NCBI GenBank assembly: GCA_012295275.1 | Contig: CM022679.1 | Coordinates: forward strand, 5,890,001-5,954,000 | Origin: Chrysomallon squamiferum | Lineage: Eukaryota > Animalia > Mollusca | Reading direction: 5' to 3' | DNA length: 64,000 nt | In this document: positions 13,611 to 27,390 of the stretch, in pieces | How positions within the stretch are numbered: the first letter of the stretch is position 1 | Layout: each line of letters starts with the position of its first letter | Program-made: the position numbers and the translations under genes | The notes under the pieces: generated by a model | The model's database searches: none | What the model was told of the DNA's origin: nothing | Seen by the model: the letters and a program-made list of their open reading frames with translations, nothing else

Positions 13611-15255
13611 CTGTGATATTAAGAGTTAGTTTGGTTAGTTGAAGCAATGAACTCACAGCACTCATGTGTGGAGATCAAGGCCAAGCAGAAAATTACATTT
13701 CCCATTGTCCTTTTCATGAAATATAGCTAGATTTTTTTTTTTTTTTTTTTCACCTATTTATTTTTCTTTCAAAGACAATAATCTGTTAATATTACATATT
13801 TATTTATGTCACTATTAATACCATATAATAATCCAAGATCTGTAAACAGATTTATAATGTTTTGAGACTGGATTTTTATCAAGAGTTATGGAAGCTTAAG
13901 TATATACAGGACAACAAGAATGTACTAAGCAGAATAACATCCAATTTAAATCTGTATTATTAAATATCAAAGAATCAGTCTTTTATATACAACATTTTTC
14001 TAGGAGTCATTAAAAAGTGTAAATCAGATATTTTCTGGTTCTTTTAAAAAGTATTTAAATTTTTTTTTTTTTCTAAACTATGGAAACAGCACCAGAAATA
14101 AATCAGTAGCATGCTATGTAACTCAATTTTTATTATTTTTATACGAAACATGTGGTATTATATTATGTGTGTATGTATGTATCCATATAAATAAAGTGTA
14201 ACATATCTATATTTTTTAAAGGAAATCTGTTCTCCATTATACAATTAAAATAAACAAATTAAAATTCTAAGAGAATTCTCTGTGACATCTGCTATGTTGA
14301 CAAATGGGATAAAGAATTACATAATCAATTTCCACCCCATCATAAGTGTTTATGACAAACTGGTAATCATTGAATGAAATTGTCAAGATGTATAATGGAA
14401 ATGAAAAAATGGATAAGTACTTTTTAAAATGCATTAACACAGCATTAATTTACAGTTAAATTTATAAAGGTAATGTGTTTTCTTCTTTAGTCAGTATGAT
14501 TTAAAGATAAATAATCAGTCTCTCTCACACACATGCACACATACACAATTTTTCAATTTTTTAAAAATTTGTTCTTCTTTGCTTAGAACATAAAAACTGT
14601 ATTATTTATCAACAAAATAGTAACTAAAACTTATATAATAAGTAATTAAATCAATAAATTAAAAGATTTCATACCCATAGAAAATCTGATACATTTAAAT
14701 ACATCTTTTATGAATACTAATCACTTGACACAGGTTTTTTTTTGTTGCACAATGCATAACTGATTGACCCTGATTGATCCTGACTGATCCAACCAATTAT
14801 AACCAAAGGTCATGTTCTAGCCAACAATTATGTAATATTAGGCATGCAACCACTGTAAGAACATTTTTTAGTATGATAATCAAATAACAGGTTTAATATA
14901 CTGACAGAACATTTTTGTTATTGGCAAGGCTTTTCTCCTTATATATCTATTTTCCCAATAAATCCCTTTTCTGTTTTATAGATAGAGTCACACTTTACTC
15001 AGCTTTAATGTTTTTCTGTGTTTCCTTTTCAGATGAATTAAGTAAAACTTAACTCTAATCAGTTACTTTTAATTTTAACCCAATTGTTATTTCCTAATTT
15101 CCTAATTTTTGTTACTGCTGACCTTATTTTTAAAAAAATGTGTCTTATAAAAAAAATATAAAAAATACTGTGATATATATTGATGATTTAATGTTTTTCT
15201 GCTTCCATCTCTAGAATGACATGTATTCCTTTGTGAAGTACTTCCTGTAACAATC

Positions 15256-15310
15256 CTACATGCAGTTTCAAACCACATAATTCTACATGCAGTTTCAAAC
15301 CACATAATTC
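15256..15310. repeat. 27-bp tandem duplication
   Basis: ctacatgcagtttcaaaccacataatt x2. Confidence 0.9.
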
Positions 15311-17871
15311 TTACTGGGTGATTTTGTTTTCTACATTGCTATATCGTGCATTTTGAAGGTGTTGCAAAGCATAATATGCCTAAAGTAGATGTTAATGGTA
15401 TCCCAACATTCAGATAGCAAAATACTGACTAAATTGTTAACTGACATTTCATTAATTGAAATAAAGCAAACTGAATACAAGTTGAGTGATTTTAAAGATA
15501 ATGTGTATAATTATTAAAATAAAAAGAATCCAGTTCTTGCTGAATTAATAATGAACAATTTTATTAAGTATCTTTGCAGTCAAAACTGTTTACCCTTCTC
15601 ACTGATTTTTGGTGCATAATTTAGGGTGGCCTCATATATACTTCATACTTTTGTGATGGGACACAATACAATGTGAGGGTGGTTGTGGTTCACAGTGGAC
15701 CACTCAAACATTCCTCACTTTCTTTGTACATCTGAATTAATCCCAATACTTGCACCTTTCTCCAGGTTTATATATTAGAAACATTTGAGAATTTAGTAAC
15801 CAGACCAATCAAATTTTGAACTGCTGCTATATCATAGACAGAGTTTTATTTCATCTTTGATATTATGAGCCCAAGAATGCATTTAATAAGTGAAACAATA
15901 GATAATGGTACTAAGTTACTACTTCAGTGTTTGATCAAATCATCTATTAAATTCAATTCATTTGAAAAAATGTTTCTAAAAACAGAAAGAAATGCCAATA
16001 TAAACAATTTATAGATTTTTTAAATATAAACTTTAAATATATAGTTTGGTCAAAACATTGTAGTTACCAACTGGGACAAAATGTCACTAGCCAAAATGTT
16101 ATGGATTCAATGTTAATTAAATATCACAACATTAACAGAAAATATTTTGAAAAATACAAACAAAGTAAATCTTCTGATTTGTGTGAAAAATAGGGCCTAA
16201 TTGTAGACTGATATAACCAAATAATTTTGTTTTATTATTTTAAGTTAAACAGAGATTTGAAACAGTAGAAAATGAAATTGAAATCAGTGAGTATTTTCTC
16301 TATGGGCTACTGAAAACTAAGGGATTAGCTGAAGCTTAGAGGCACTGGCATTAGGTATCGTTGGCAGGATAAATTCTCCTAAGTGTTCCTGCATTGCTAT
16401 TATATATTTTATCAAATGTTATGATATGAACTTTTCTATTTATGGAATGTTGCATATACCTTTCTATTAAGTGAAAAAACAATTAGCCCATTGTATGATA
16501 GCATTTGTTTCCTTTCATGTTGTATGTATGATATACAATAATGTACAAGATTTAATGGGGAAAAAACCCAATAATGCCACATAAGTGTAGAATTACAAAA
16601 TACTGAATGAATTGTGAATTAAAACGTTTCTTTTGCCTTGACAAAATTGTGCCATTAATAAATAAAATTTCATGTTTTGCTCAATCTTCTAATTTTTCAC
16701 TGAATTTTTTATTACATTTTTATTTTAAAATTATGAAGTTTGCATCCATATTCATTTCTTTTACAGCTTACTTGTATAACGTGTTTACTATTTAATATTT
16801 TTTCATTGAATTTTATGTATGAATTTGGTAAACTAAAATCATTTCCTAACTTGCTGCCTGTCAGTTGTAAAAGATGACATAAAACTATGGCAACAACAGA
16901 TAAGAAATATATTTCTTTTAATTAAATCCATTACAGATGAAAGGCAGAAAATTATTATCAGAATTTGTTTTATTTTTATTAATGCATAATTTTATAATAG
17001 AAATAATAGGAAGATATATTCATTATAAGAATAAAATTAGGTAAACAAGTAATAAAAGCACTTTTTTCTTTATTTAAGTCTTACCCTTTAAAAGTAAATC
17101 TTTATGCATGTATATTTGGGAACATAATTTAATTTGCCGTTTGAAAAAAAGTTCAGATTTTTTAAATGTTTAAAATTGCCCCCCCCCCCAACTACAGAGA
17201 AAAACATTAAAAAAAAACAAATTCAAAATCAAACAATAATAATAGTAATAATAATAATAAAATAAATTTAAAAAACAATCAAATCTAAAAATAAAATAAA
17301 ATTAGAACTTAAAAACCCCCAGCAACAAACAAACCAAAACTACAAAATAACTAAGAATCCCCAAGACAAATTGTAATAAAATATTGAAAACAAAAAGCTA
17401 TACAATAATGATAATAAATGTATACTGCAAAATTCTTTACCAAAAGACAGAATTTCGGTTTCATTTGTTTTACTTGCCATATATAATTCTTTTATTATTT
17501 AAAAAAAAAAAAAAAAAATTTGTAACAACAATATAATAATATTCTTTCATAATAATTTATTCTTTGATGGTTAATCCATGTGAGATGAATAGTCCAAGAA
17601 TTTTGCAGTTATTGTTTAAAATGTCTAAAAACAATATACTCTACAGTAATATTAAATAATGATAATAATAATTTAAAACAAACAAACAAACAAACAAAAC
17701 AAACTAAAAACAAAAAGGATATTAAATTTCTAAACTATTAATAACAAAAAATGTAAAACAGATGTAATAAAATTAATCTAAAAAAATAATAATAATAAAA
17801 ACTTATTATAATAAACATAAAAGAAAAACCATAAAGTTTAAAACACTAAAAAATTGTATAATTTAACAAAC

Positions 17872-17925
17872 CTCATTTCCCTTTTCACCTTTCGGCCCTT
17901 TTTTGCCTCTGCGCCCTCTTCGACC
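17872..17925 (-). CDS. 54-nt basic collagen exon, variant b: GRRGRRGKKGPKGEKGNE
   Basis: ttctttcag / gtttgt. Confidence 0.9.
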
Positions 17926-17998
17926 CTGAAAGAAGTTGCAAGGAGCAAATTTAGCATGCAAAGTAATAAAAATCATGCCAAAATCTAACTTGACAAAC

Positions 17999-18052
17999 CT
18001 GCTCTCCTTTTTCTCCTTTGAAACCAAGCCTGCCCCTGCGGCCTCGCACTCC
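17999..18052 (-). CDS. 54-nt basic collagen exon, variant a: GVRGRRGRLGFKGEKGEQ
   Basis: gtttcag / gtttgt. Confidence 0.9.
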
Positions 18053-19258
18053 CTGAAACAAACTTGGAACTTGACAAAATTGAAACTGATTTTACTCTTG
18101 GGACTATGGATGAATATATGAAATGGATTTTGTAACTTATAGGGGTTGAATATAAAAGGAATAAATGAACCAAAATCAACTAAACAGAAACAGTATCATA
18201 CTAATGTCAATGAAGTTGATACAAAGAAGAAAAATATTTAACACAATACATACTAGTAAAATAGTGTGTCTTACTTCTGATATAATTATATTTATTGTTT
18301 GGTGTGACAATAAGAAAAATTGAAAAGATTTTAAATTAAAGGCAGTGAAAAATAAAATATAAGTGATTATAAAATGAAATAAGGCTAAAAGAAAGAAAAG
18401 GAAATGAATAAATCTGAGGAAGACTTGTATTTTCTATAAATATTTATTTTTATTTAATTGAATAACAGATGTAATGGTTTTACAAAAAAATACTAATTTA
18501 TTTTTGTTTGACATTTCAATAAATGTGTGACAAATATGTTTTGTTTACCTAGAAATATTATATTAGATAAACAAAATCTAAAACTATATTTAGCCCTTTC
18601 CTAGACAAGACTACATATAATTTTGGTATACATATTACGGAGCAGTACCTGATAAAATTGGAAGGGTAAGAAAAGGATTCATACCATACCTATTGAGGGA
18701 AGTGATATTTTTCAACAATATACATTTATTTTCAAAAATCTAATGATAAAGTAATTTACATCAATGCTAAGTATCACCATAAAAACAAAGGAAAAATTAA
18801 AAAAGGGAAAAAATTATGATTTGGTATCTAACTGTAATTTTATTTCATAATAAAGTTTATAAACAGTCATCAGTACAATCTAACTACATACCTTCATTTG
18901 TTTTCATAATTCATAATTCCACAATTATTTATAATTATATCTATCTCAAGTAATAAATCTTCATTCATTTATGTCTTGCATTAATGTATCATGTAACATA
19001 TGTGTTTGCCAAGTTGTCACAAATCAAATATTAATAAAATATAGATAATTACATTTTAAAATCTTCTTTATTTATAAATTTAAAAAAAAAAATAAAAAAA
19101 TAAAAATCCTTTATTAATTTTTTTTAAAAAGCATAGATATCAAAATAATAGTTTTAAATAAATTTATAATTTTTTTTTTTTATTATGACTGTTATAAATT
19201 ATTATGTAGCAATAAGAAATGATTAAATAGGATAATTATAAACAAGAAATACTCTTAC

Positions 19259-19345
19259 CTGTGCACCCTTGTCCCCTTTGGCTCCTTTTTCACACTGGCA
19301 GCTCCCAGTTCCTGTTCCTATAGGGCCTGGTGGTCCTGGAGGACC
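19259..19345 (-). CDS. Exon GPPGPPGPIGTGTGSCQCEKGAKGDKGAQ
   Basis: aaatag / gtaaga, 87 nt, CxC interruption. Confidence 0.92.
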
Positions 19346-20857
19346 CTATTTAGGTACAAAACACATTTTGATCATTTTTATTTTAAATATTTATTTTAAA
19401 AATCAAATGTTTGTAATAGAAGTAATGATATTAATTTCCTGTTTTTTAAACATTAAAAATCAAATTAATTGGAAATAGAAATTGAATTCCTTTTACTGAT
19501 GATGCATATCCAACCACACAACCTGCTGTGAAAATAAAAATAAATAAATAAATAAATAATAAAGTGAAGAACTATTTTAAAAGAAAAAATATTGAGAAAG
19601 ATATAATAATTAGCAATAAACATAAGGCTGAAGGGAGACAACTCAATAAAAAATTAAAAATTAAGTTATATATATATATATATACACTAGTAATACAGTA
19701 CTTCTTGTATAACAAAAAAGTTACTCACAAAACAATAAATTCTCTAAAACAAATGTCTTACAAACCATCCAAATCTAATTAAGGAATTTGAAAAATAAAT
19801 AAATAAATAAAATAAACAATAATCTATATAGTATTATACAAAATTTACTTTTATGTATTTTTTAATGCTGAAAAATTAAAAAAGCAAAAACAAAAAACAA
19901 ACCGAAAAAAAAACAAAAAATACAACCCAATTATAACATGCTATGAGTCTTGAAATAGTGTTTGTAACTATTTGTAAACAGAGGCACTAAAGAAATCTTT
20001 TGTAAAGTACTTTTTTCTACTATTATCAATTTTTTTCTTATTAATCTTATTTTGTTTGTTTGTTTTTCTTCTTTTTTTTCAAACTATCCAAAATATTTGA
20101 AGCATTATTTAATGATTTCAACAAATTATTTGTTTAAAGTGCATAAACAATTAAGCTGATTATTTGTACTATTTCACCAAAATTTAGATAGTAATAATAT
20201 CTTTCAAATATTATTTTCAGTTATTTTTTAAAATGTTTTGTTTTAAGAATGGATTCATTCAGCATCCTCCACTAATTACCTGCTTCTAGCATTCTTGCCT
20301 TGACTATGAACATATTTACTAAGATAAATTTCAAAATGATCATCTTAAATCAAATCAGAAACTGGAGAAAATAAATTAAACAGTTAAAGAAATACAGCCT
20401 ACATTATATTGTGCAAAATGAAAAAAGAATGATACTGAATATTTTAGTTAACAGAAACTGAAATGAAGCGAGGTGTGAAATATGCTAGCAAATGCAAGTG
20501 TCAGCAGTTAAAATAGTTTATATTTTATAATATACAAAATGTAAATTATCTTTATCTCTGGGAAAAAATATATTTTTTGTTTAACTACTATTATTTTTAT
20601 AGTTTTAAGTTTAACAATGATAATATAACTAACTGTTAGGATTTACTGAGTTTTTTAAAGCTATCATAAGAAATTTTATTTTATAGACTATTATAAATGA
20701 ATATAAAAATAAAAAGTATCATTACATTCTTACCAAGTTCCAAATATTTATTTATTTATCTTTTATGAAAAAGTATGATATAAGAAAGCAAATTTTTATA
20801 TAGCTGGTAATAATTTAAAATAAGTGAAATATCTCATGGCATATATATTATAGGAAA

Positions 20858-21309
20858 TGTATATTATCAGGAAATATGTACAATTCCTGCAAATTTCAGA
20901 AAATATATGTGATCACTGCACTGAAAATAAAGAGGCCAGAGTTGGTGATGGTCCATAGAAAACCTAGGCATCCACAAAGCCAAGTCTCACTAGAAAAAGC
21001 AAATTATGACATTAAGGACATACTTTTTTGGTAGAAGATAACAATGTAATTAAATGGACTTTGGGAATCAAATTTGTTCTGTTTCAGAACTCCAAATTTA
21101 ACAGCAAAATTAAGTGTTCCCCATTTGTTACAATATTGGGTTCTGATGCTTGCACTGGCCTGTAATCATCTTGTCTTCCACATAAAATTCTCCATCACTT
21201 GCAATTAGAAGATTATCCATTTGCAGCCACTGCATTTCCTGGATAAATCAGAATTTATACATATTTTCTGAAATGTTCAGGATTATACATATTTGCTGTA
21301 ACATATACA
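20858..21309. mobile_element. Degenerate MITE-like element with ~55-bp imperfect terminal inverted repeats
   Basis: tgtatattatcaggaaatatgtacaattcctgcaaatttcagaaaatat versus the reverse complement of 21250-21309; interior is GC-richer than its flanks. Confidence 0.65.
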
Positions 21310-21567
21310 ATATAGAAGAAAGAATTGTTGTTTCATTTTTTTTTTTTTATGTCATTGTTTACATTGTTATTTTATTTTATCTAAAAATATTTTTATTTAT
21401 TTAATTTTTTTTTTTCAGAATGAAATATTTCATAAACACAGGCTAAGCATTCAGGAAAGTTAACACTCAAGGCATATTCTCTATGCTAAATAACTCTTTA
21501 TAAGTCTATCTAAAAACGAATTTTTTTTCATTTACTAACAGGCAAATTTTCTTAAAATTGAAAAAGA

Positions 21568-21572
<5 letters not shown>

Positions 21573-21633
<61 letters not shown>
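21573..21633. repeat. (AAT)n microsatellite
   Basis: Direct. Confidence 0.95.
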
Positions 21634-21637
<4 letters not shown>

Positions 21638-22795
21638 CAATAAAAAATCAAATAAAAATAGTAATAATAATAAGAAAAACCAAGGTCCAAGATAAACAGG
21701 CATAAGACAAAGAAAGAAACAAAAAGGACTCAAAACTGAAGTCTGTTTAATTGTCAAGGCGTAATAAATCCTTGTTTATTGACTGCTAATCATGCTTTCA
21801 TATATTCATGCTTTAAATTTTTAAATTTTTATTTGCCTTTCTTCTCATCAAATAAGTAAACATTAATATAACCTTTTATTATTAATTTTTTTAATTCATG
21901 TAAATTAGCAGAAGTACTTAAAATAAATGTATAAATAAAATAAAATGACAGACTGAAGACATACATATAAATTACTGGGCTCAGTATTTAATGGTAAATT
22001 TATTTTTATGATCTACTTAAGATTCTTTTGTGAATATTATAATTAATGTTGCAGACAATATGTTACTTAATATTTAATTATATCACCTAACTAGTTATTA
22101 TTATTTATTGTAAGAAAGAAACTACAGGACTTAAAAAAAAGAACTGTCTTTCATCTTAAATGGAAATGAGAAAAAATGTTGTTATAATAACATCCAAGTA
22201 ATGTGTCTAATTTATCATTTAATTTAGCTGTTTAATGGATAAACAAACATAATTCAATTAAATTTCAACTGATAGTAAATATATGACTAAACAAGCAACC
22301 AAGAGTTGTCTCCCACTACAAACCCAAACTAAACATTTTATGTAAAATATCACAAAATTTAAATCACATAAAATTAAATTACATATATAATTTAACAGAT
22401 CAGTGAGAAATACCTAAATATATTGGGTGAAATAAAATAATATTACACATATTTTAACAATTCAATATTTTGTAACATTAAAAATTCCAAATATTATATC
22501 ATAATTAAATTATACAATGTCTCAACATTCATCTTTTATCCTCTTAAAGCAGTTGAATTTAAAGAAACAACAACAGTGCTTACAGTTATTGTTACCTAAT
22601 GATTATATATACTATTACCAAACTGTCTCACAAATACAGAGAAGCATTGTGTAAAAAATAAAAAAAAATAAAAATAAATAAATAAAAAGTAACAGACTGT
22701 TATCTGACCAACTATATTTCATGCAGCAAACACCACAATGAACACTGCTTTGCAATTCAAACTATGGACCATGCAGCAGTAACGTGCTAACTCAC

Positions 22796-22858
22796 CCTCA
22801 GACCAGGTTTGCCCACCAAACCTGGATAGCCGGGCTTGCCAATCGGCCCCTCAGCCCC
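22796..22858 (-). CDS. Collagen exon GAEGPIGKPGYPGLVGKPGLR (likely alternative)
   Basis: cctactag / gtgagt, 63 nt; flanks are relatively GC-rich and motif-rich. Confidence 0.9.
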
Positions 22859-23954
22859 CTAGTAGGTAAAGTGCATGGCAGTGCATCAGCAGTGTCACAT
22901 CCCACAATAGCATACATTAATAATCATGAGGTAGCTGATATTACCATGTAAAACAATTATACAATATTACCATGTTTCTGGTAAAGTTTTTTTTTTTTTT
23001 TTTTCTTCTGTTATTTTCATGAACATTTATTGAAATCTATTTTATAGTTTATATTATTTGGTATCTAAATTTGGTTATTCAAACTTTTTTTTTCCACAAA
23101 AATAATGTAAGATTTGACTCTATCTTCTCTGCTGTAACAACTCTGTTTGATTGCTTTTTGTTTTTTGTTATTTTTTGTTTTGTGTCTTTTATATATATAT
23201 TTTTTGTTGTTGTTTTTTTGGTAACATCAGCTTTGAAGCAATATATCTTATCAGTATCACAGTATATAAAAAAACAGTATTATATTTACATACACATTTT
23301 TTTACTAAATTTAACAATAGCTAAATTAATTAAAACAGCCAGACAAAAACCTCTATTGACCTCATATTCATAACTGCTAATAAAAAACATATTAAAAAAC
23401 TAGAATGACATACTACGTTATTTACTGACAGAGTGAATTTATTTTAAAACAAAAGCTAAATGAATGAAATTGTATGTATATTTTGCTATTAGCCAGTATC
23501 TCTTCTGCTAGTTTTTCACAACTGATAAACTAACCTAAAACTACAGACATCCAGTGGATGAATGAAAAATAAAACACAGGTACCTGGCAAATTGTACTTT
23601 TCTCTATTACCTGAGTTCATCATGAGTTTGCTGGCACTGGTGTCCAGCTGACAAACACAACATCTAGAACTAGTGTAGTAGATTTTCATTTTTAAAACTT
23701 CCAGAACAAATGAAGTTTTTTAGTGACTTAGTACATATATTTTTCCACTTTTTAACTAATGAATTAAGCCTTTTGCCTTTCTATTTTCAAAAATACCTTG
23801 AAACAATAAGTCAAACTAAAGGAATTTTCAAAACATAAAACTACCATTACTCTATTGTTTATAAATTATCAGTCATAAATATGGTATCATTTCTTTTTTC
23901 CATGCTCTTTATAGTGATGCTGAATTAATATTAATTTGGGGACTTTTATTTCAT

Positions 23955-23993
<39 letters not shown>

Positions 23994-25194
23994 CTTATTT
24001 AATTTTTAATTTATTTATTTATTTTTTTGTCATACCTATGTAACAGTATTTTACATTTATAAAGAAATATACAGTGAATGTAAAAATTAAGAAAGAAAAA
24101 AGCAATATCTGCAGATACAGAATCTGAAAAAGGTACTAATTATTACAAAATTAAATTAAAGAGTTGGAAGCCTGAGATATGATGAGATGACTGAATCAAA
24201 ATGAAATGCCATAGTTATGTTATTAAATCATATAAAAATAAAATACAATGATTACTTTCATTACACAAAAATCAAGGACCATTTTTTTTTTTTTTTTTTT
24301 TAAATCATTACTTATGTATATAAGCATGATTGGTATCTCATAATTACTTTACAAAATAACAATAACACATTTGGCGGGATGTAACACAAGTGCAGTGCAT
24401 GTGCGACAAAATCACTGACAAACAAACATTACACACACACCCACAAAAACAGGTGTTGTTTGAACCACAGCTGTTAACAAGTGATGTGACCACTTTATAA
24501 ACATGAACTTTATTGTACAATCTTCAGTGAAAAAAAATAAAAAAAAACAAAACATGAAAAATTAGTGGAATGTGATGGTATATAAAATGAGTAGATTAAA
24601 TTTTAAAAGTTTGAAGGATAGAGATAAAATGGATAAAGAAAAATGTCAGATATCTTGTTATGATAAAGACAGAAGGATGCTGGAGTACAGTTAGTACAAT
24701 GGTCAAATGAATAAATTATTTAATAAATTAATATATGATTTGATTATGAATAAAGATGGTCAAAATCAACACATTTAACTGGAAATAACACAAGTCTTAA
24801 AGAGCAATTTTCAAAACAAAAATATTCTGTATGATGTTCTTTAATTGTATTAGGTCACATGACAAGTGGACAGCAGGGAACAGTGACTTGCACAGCACAC
24901 AACAATACTCTCTGTAACAGAGACATAAATTCTGAAAGTTATTAGCTTTTTGGAGGGCAAACATACTAATATATATTAATATCAAAATATATTTTTCATG
25001 GGCAGAAAAATCTCACAAAATAGAACTTACATTTGTTTTATATAAAGAACAGAAAAATAATGATGGATTGAAAAGATTAAAATTGATTTAAAAAAATAAA
25101 AATAAAATAAAAACAATAGTAATAATAATAATAAAGGAGACTATATAGAGTTTTTCTTTCTTTAAAATGATGAAATTGAAACAAACAAAAAATG

Positions 25195-25248
<54 letters not shown>
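25195..25248. repeat. Poly(A) tract (others at about 3989-4024, 43946-43976 and 60261-60282)
   Basis: Direct. Confidence 0.9.
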
Positions 25249-25250
<2 letters not shown>

Positions 25251-25508
25251 AAAAAAATGAAATCTACATACAGAAAGTATTTTAGCATATATTTTCACAA
25301 CATGTAAAACATTAAAAATATCAAACACAGGGGGAAAAAAAGACTAGACTTTCCCAATTATCCCCTCTAGTAAATACAATATAATGAAATCTTGAATTTC
25401 TCACCTGTAAACATGTAAACAAGGGTATAACTGAAACCAGTACATAAAGCAAAAATACACAAAATAGTCATGCATTTACATTTAAAGAATTAACATGCAC
25501 AAACTTAC

Positions 25509-25553
25509 AGGTAAGCCTATTGAGCCTGGTTCACCTTTTGGCCCTGTGGCACC
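25509..25553 (-). CDS. Collagen exon GATGPKGEPGSIGLP
   Basis: ttaccag / gtaagt, 45 nt. Confidence 0.9.
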
Positions 25554-25865
25554 CTGGTAAAATAATAATATTGTTGTTCTGATTAAAACAGAATTTTATT
25601 ACAAATGAAATAACAACTTACAGTTTCTTAGTACAAAGAACAACAAAAAAAAAAAAGGGGTAAATTAATATTGTAAACAAACATACAGAGAAAAAACCAT
25701 ATGTGTTTCATTATGGCATAAAAAAAATAAATACTATTTAATCAAGTATTTTACATATTGTAGTGAACATTTAAAAAAAGAAAGAATTAAAAGCTGGAAA
25801 AAAAACAATATTAATAATAATTTTTTTTTTATCAAAACATACATAATTCAGACAAAACAACTTAC

Positions 25866-25901
25866 TATTTCTCCCTTAATACCTTGTGGTCCACTGTCCC
25901 C
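25866..25901 (-). CDS. Collagen exon GDSGPQGIKGEI
   Basis: gttttag / gtaagt, 36 nt. Confidence 0.9.
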
Positions 25902-26225
25902 CTAAAACAATAGCAAATTTAAAAAACAACAGTAACAAAAAAAAAGCTACTAAAAACAAAACCCAACAAAAACAACTGAATATATTTTTTTCTGGAATTT
26001 TGCATGTGTGTTTTTAATACTGATCAATTTTATCAATTAAACTTTCAATTTTATGTATTTTCTGATTCCAAAATAGAGAAAAATAAAAAAACAGCACATC
26101 AACAACTGTAACTTACTGTAAAGAGTATTGCTATTAAAGTTTAAGATTAAGTTCAGTTTAAAAATGATTTAATCATTTTCTGTTTAATCATTTACTACAG
26201 CATGGATTTTATATAAATATAATAC

Positions 26226-26261
26226 CTTGATACCCGGTGGGCCCTGTAGTCCCATTGGTCC
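26226..26261 (-). CDS. Collagen exon GPMGLQGPPGIK
   Basis: taatag / gtatta, 36 nt. Confidence 0.88.
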
Positions 26262-26927
26262 CTATTAAGGTAAATAAAATCTGGTATTTTTAATGCAGTT
26301 AAAATATAAATATACTAAATAATGATATTGGGGAATAGCAATTACAGATATCAACTGATGTAGAAATTAATAGCAATATATAAAATAAATAAATAAAATA
26401 GTAATCATAAAACAAATATAAAAAATATAATTTTGGTAAATATGTTTATTTTAAGATAGAACTGAAATTAATTCTTATGGATTTTTTATTTTTTATTATT
26501 CAAATATGTTATTTTTAATTTATCATAGCTTATAACTAATTATTCCTACAGAAGCATGAAGAAAAATATAATAATAATAATATAATAATAATTATAATAA
26601 TAATAATAATAATAATAATAGTAATTAATAACTAAATAATAAATATTATTCTTTTTTAATATAATAGATGTATTATACCATATTATTTTTTCAATATTAT
26701 GGACATTATTTAAACCAAAAACAATTATAAAACAAAATAACAGAGTGGATAAAAAATATATTACAAGTACACATAATTTTATTTCTCACTTTTAAATTAT
26801 TTATTAATTCCAAGAATTTAAATGTATTAATAAACAATTAATAAATACATAAATATGCTGATATTAAATATCTGTTTTGCTTTCTTCTCAGTTATTTTTG
26901 ACATGCATACACTGGAAACATTCTTAC

Positions 26928-26960
26928 CATTGGTCCTGGTGGACCTGGTGGGCCAGGCAG
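26928..26960 (-). CDS. Collagen exon LPGPPGPPGPM
   Basis: ttacag / gtaaga, 33 nt. Confidence 0.88.
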
Positions 26961-27351
26961 CTGTAATACAATTTCAGATTCTTAAATTTTTATGCATCTT
27001 GCATATATACCTAATTTAATTTATCTTATACAAATCTAACTTTTCAAAAAACCCTAAAAAATAACATAATAATGATAATAATAATATAAAAAGGAAGCAA
27101 CTAAATTTTCAAATTTGTGTATTAAAAATATTAGTTAAAATTTGTTATAAATTAAATATTTTTAAATATACAAAATAATGATTGTAGATAAACATGTAAC
27201 AAACATAAGAATATGGCAGTACCCAATAACTTATTTTTAATTTTAATATACTGACTTTAGGTACAGTATTAAACGCTATTTGTTGCTGGTTAATATCCTG
27301 GGAATAAATATTATGACACTGTTTAATATCAAATAAACCCAGATCACTCAC

Positions 27352-27390
27352 CCCTTCTCCACTTCCACCCTCTATAATGCCAGGTTCTCC
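27352..27390 (-). CDS. Exon GEPGIIEGGSGEG (helix interruption)
   Basis: atgtag / gtgagt, 39 nt; its final Gly restores the register of the next exon. Confidence 0.85.

Noticed and set aside
8083-16369. 10-bp complement TCCTGCCAAC / GTTGGCAGGA
   Set aside because: Short, 8 kb apart and not extendable; compatible with chance
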